Source: Syntrophomonadaceae bacterium (GTDB taxonomy: Bacteria; Bacillota; Dethiobacteria; DTU022). Taken from it: a stretch of 37,497 nt of DNA. Shown in pieces: positions 35,804 through 37,497 of the stretch. The notes under the pieces were generated by a model that saw only the letters and a list, made by a program, of their open reading frames with translations, did not search any database and was not told where the DNA came from. A program made the position numbers and the translations under genes. Within the stretch, counting starts at the first letter, position 1, and each line of letters opens with the position of its first letter. The stretch covers positions 1-37,497 of the forward strand of contig SKZS01000064.1 in assembly GCA_007127255.1 (NCBI GenBank). The letters run 5' to 3'.

Positions 35804-36616
35804 ATGTATCCGGAAATATTAAGCATTGGTAATGTGACTATTCACTCTTACGGTTTAATGATTGCCCTCGGGATACTGGTTGCGGCAGTTGCTCTTTACA
35901 GGGAAGCCCCGCGAGAAAAGTTCGATCCCGACCTTATTCTTGAAGCAGTGATTGTCGGTGCCTTCTCCGGTCTGATTGGGGCCAGGATCCTCTACATGAT
36001 TATCAACTGGAGCTATTACAGTACTCAGCCGCTATCAGCCTTTTTTACCAGATTCGAAGGGCTTTCATTTTACGGCGGTCTTTTTCTCGGAGTAATTGTT
36101 CTTTACCTGTGGAGCAGATGGCGCCGTACCGGTTTTCTTAAAGTGGTCGATATTTTGTCGCCTTATTTAGCCCTGGGTTATGCTTTTGGCCGGATCGGCT
36201 GTTTCCTTAATGGCTGCTGTTATGGACTTGTAACTGATGTCCCCTGGGCTATGCCAGCAAGCCTGGCAGACGACTTGCCGCGCCATCCGGTTCAGCTTTA
36301 TGCTGCACTTGGTGCCATTATTATCTTTTTCATTCTTAAGAAAATGCGTCCACTGCGTCCTTTTGTCGGCTTTGTAACTGTTTCCCTCTTTGCCCTTTAT
36401 GGGTTGCTGCGTTTTACAACTGAATTCTTTCGCCAGGAAGAGGCAGTTTTTCTGGGGTTGACTTCCGCCCAGCTTTTCAGCCTGGGCCTGATTATAGTTT
36501 CCTTACTCCTGCTGGCGGCAATTTACTATATCTTTCCCGATAGCAGAAAAGGAGAGGAACAGGCCCCGGAAACAGAAAAGAATAAAAAGCAAACCAAAAA
36601 GAAAGCCAGGAAATGA
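35804..36616 (+). CDS. lgt: Prolipoprotein diacylglyceryl transferase
   Basis: HSYGLMIALG and FGRIGCFLNGCCYG signatures, with a Lys-rich C-terminal tail. GGGAG lies before ATG 35804. The ORF-track extension to 35756 is rejected. Confidence 0.9.
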   Translation: MYPEILSIGNVTIHSYGLMIALGILVAAVALYREAPREKFDPDLILEAVIVGAFSGLIGARILYMIINWSYYSTQPLSAFFTRFEGLSFYGGLFLGVIVLYLWSRWRRTGFLKVVDILSPYLALGYAFGRIGCFLNGCCYGLVTDVPWAMPASLADDLPRHPVQLYAALGAIIIFFILKKMRPLRPFVGFVTVSLFALYGLLRFTTEFFRQEEAVFLGLTSAQLFSLGLIIVSLLLLAAIYYIFPDSRKGEEQAPETEKNKKQTKKKARK

Positions 36617-37497
36617 TGGACGGTAATGATTACAGTAATAATGCATGTGAAGTTTTTACTGTGGGGTCACAAGACACAAACAGCAGAATCGATATCTATC
36701 TGGCTCAACATGTAAAAGGCATGTCTCGCAATCGGGTCCAGGGTCTTATTGAAGAAGGCCGGGTCACGGTAAACGAATCATTGTGTGAAGATAAAAATTA
36801 TCGTTTAAAGCAGGGTGACCGGGTCAGTATCAATGTTCCACCGCCGGAACAGGTTTCGTTGGAAGCTGAAAATATAGAACTCGATATTATTTATGAAGAT
36901 CAGGATCTGCTGGTGATTAATAAACCCGGAGGGATGGTTGTTCACCCTGCTCCCGGCCACAGCAGGGGCACCATGGTTAATGCCCTGCTCGGACACTGCC
37001 GTGATCTGTCAGGTATTGGCGGGGTTATAAGGCCTGGTATTGTTCACCGGCTTGATAAAGATACAACAGGGCTGCTTATTGCCGTTAAGAATGATCTTGC
37101 CTACAGCGAAATTTCCCGCCAATTAAAAGAAAGAAAGCTGCTCCGTGAATATATAGCTCTCGTTTGTGGTCAGGTCAGTCCCGTCAGCGGTCAGATAGAG
37201 GCTCCTATTGGCCGCCACCCCCGCAATCGCAAAAAAATGGCCGTGGTTGAAGGCGGCCGGGAGGCGGTTACCCGTTACAGGGTTATAAAGCTCTATAATC
37301 GCCACAGCTTATTAAAACTTAATCTCAAAACCGGACGCACTCACCAGATACGTGTGCATCTTTCCTATATAGGGTATCCTGTAGTCGGAGATCCGCTGTA
37401 TGCAAAGGGAGCAAAAGGCGGCCTGCCTTCCGAGCTGGTTCCGGCCCAGCTCCTGCATGCCCGCAAAATTAAATTTAAGCACCCCCGCAGCGGTGAA
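36613..37497 (+). CDS. rluD: RluD-family 23S rRNA pseudouridine synthase, 3'-truncated by the window edge
   Basis: My own translation gives MMDGNDYS...RIDIYLAQHV (S4 domain), LLVINKPGGMVVHP, catalytic HRLDKDTTGLL and GRTHQIRVH. The frame is open to nt 37497. ATGA overlap with the lgt stop. Absent from the ORF track because it has no stop. Confidence 0.9.
   Translation, partial: MMDGNDYSNNACEVFTVGSQDTNSRIDIYLAQHVKGMSRNRVQGLIEEGRVTVNESLCEDKNYRLKQGDRVSINVPPPEQVSLEAENIELDIIYEDQDLLVINKPGGMVVHPAPGHSRGTMVNALLGHCRDLSGIGGVIRPGIVHRLDKDTTGLLIAVKNDLAYSEISRQLKERKLLREYIALVCGQVSPVSGQIEAPIGRHPRNRKKMAVVEGGREAVTRYRVIKLYNRHSLLKLNLKTGRTHQIRVHLSYIGYPVVGDPLYAKGAKGGLPSELVPAQLLHARKIKFKHPRSGE

Noticed and set aside
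1-37497. Searched for CRISPR repeats, IS/transposase or integrase genes, tRNA/rRNA, toxin-antitoxin pairs and defence-type ATPase/nuclease cassettes
   Set aside because: None seen. Every sizeable ORF is accounted for by a housekeeping family or is an antisense shadow, and there is no obvious compositional break suggesting an island.

Overview
This 37.5-kb window is core housekeeping genome from a Bacillota (Firmicutes)-type anaerobe. All 33 recognisable genes are on the + strand, and many are joined by ATGA/TTGA/GTGA start-stop overlaps. The gene order is: partial ORF, recJ, rel, dtd, hisS-aspS (read here as one ORF), a 6S-RNA-like ncRNA, mgtE, then a dcw cluster (mraZ, rsmH, ftsL, class-B PBP, murF, mraY, murD, ftsW, murG, murB, ftsQ, ftsA, ftsZ). 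It continues with nrdR-nrdD-nrdG (anaerobic class III RNR), the ylm division cluster (pgeF/ylmD, an HlyD-like membrane protein, yggS/ylmE, yggT/ylmG, ylmH, divIVA), an Ile T-box leader, ileS, lspA, lgt and rluD (3'-truncated). I saw no mobile element, CRISPR array, tRNA/rRNA, toxin-antitoxin or defence-like cassette, and I cannot honestly point to a new multi-gene system. The items most worth a second look are these: (1) hisS and aspS form one uninterrupted ~1030-codon ORF, which is either a real HisRS-AspRS fusion or an A-run indel artefact. (2) A TM-anchored HlyD/MFP-like protein with an acidic insert lies inside the ylm cluster, while sepF is missing from its conserved slot. (3) A rod-shaped ~200-nt RNA with a central bubble (6S-like) lies downstream of aspS. 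(4) Regulatory architectures are readable directly from the DNA: tandem NrdR boxes on the nrdR promoter, a 10-bp-phased GTGGT (MraZ-box) array at Pmra, and an AUC-specifier T-box. All homology statements come from motif recognition by eye, not from database searches.
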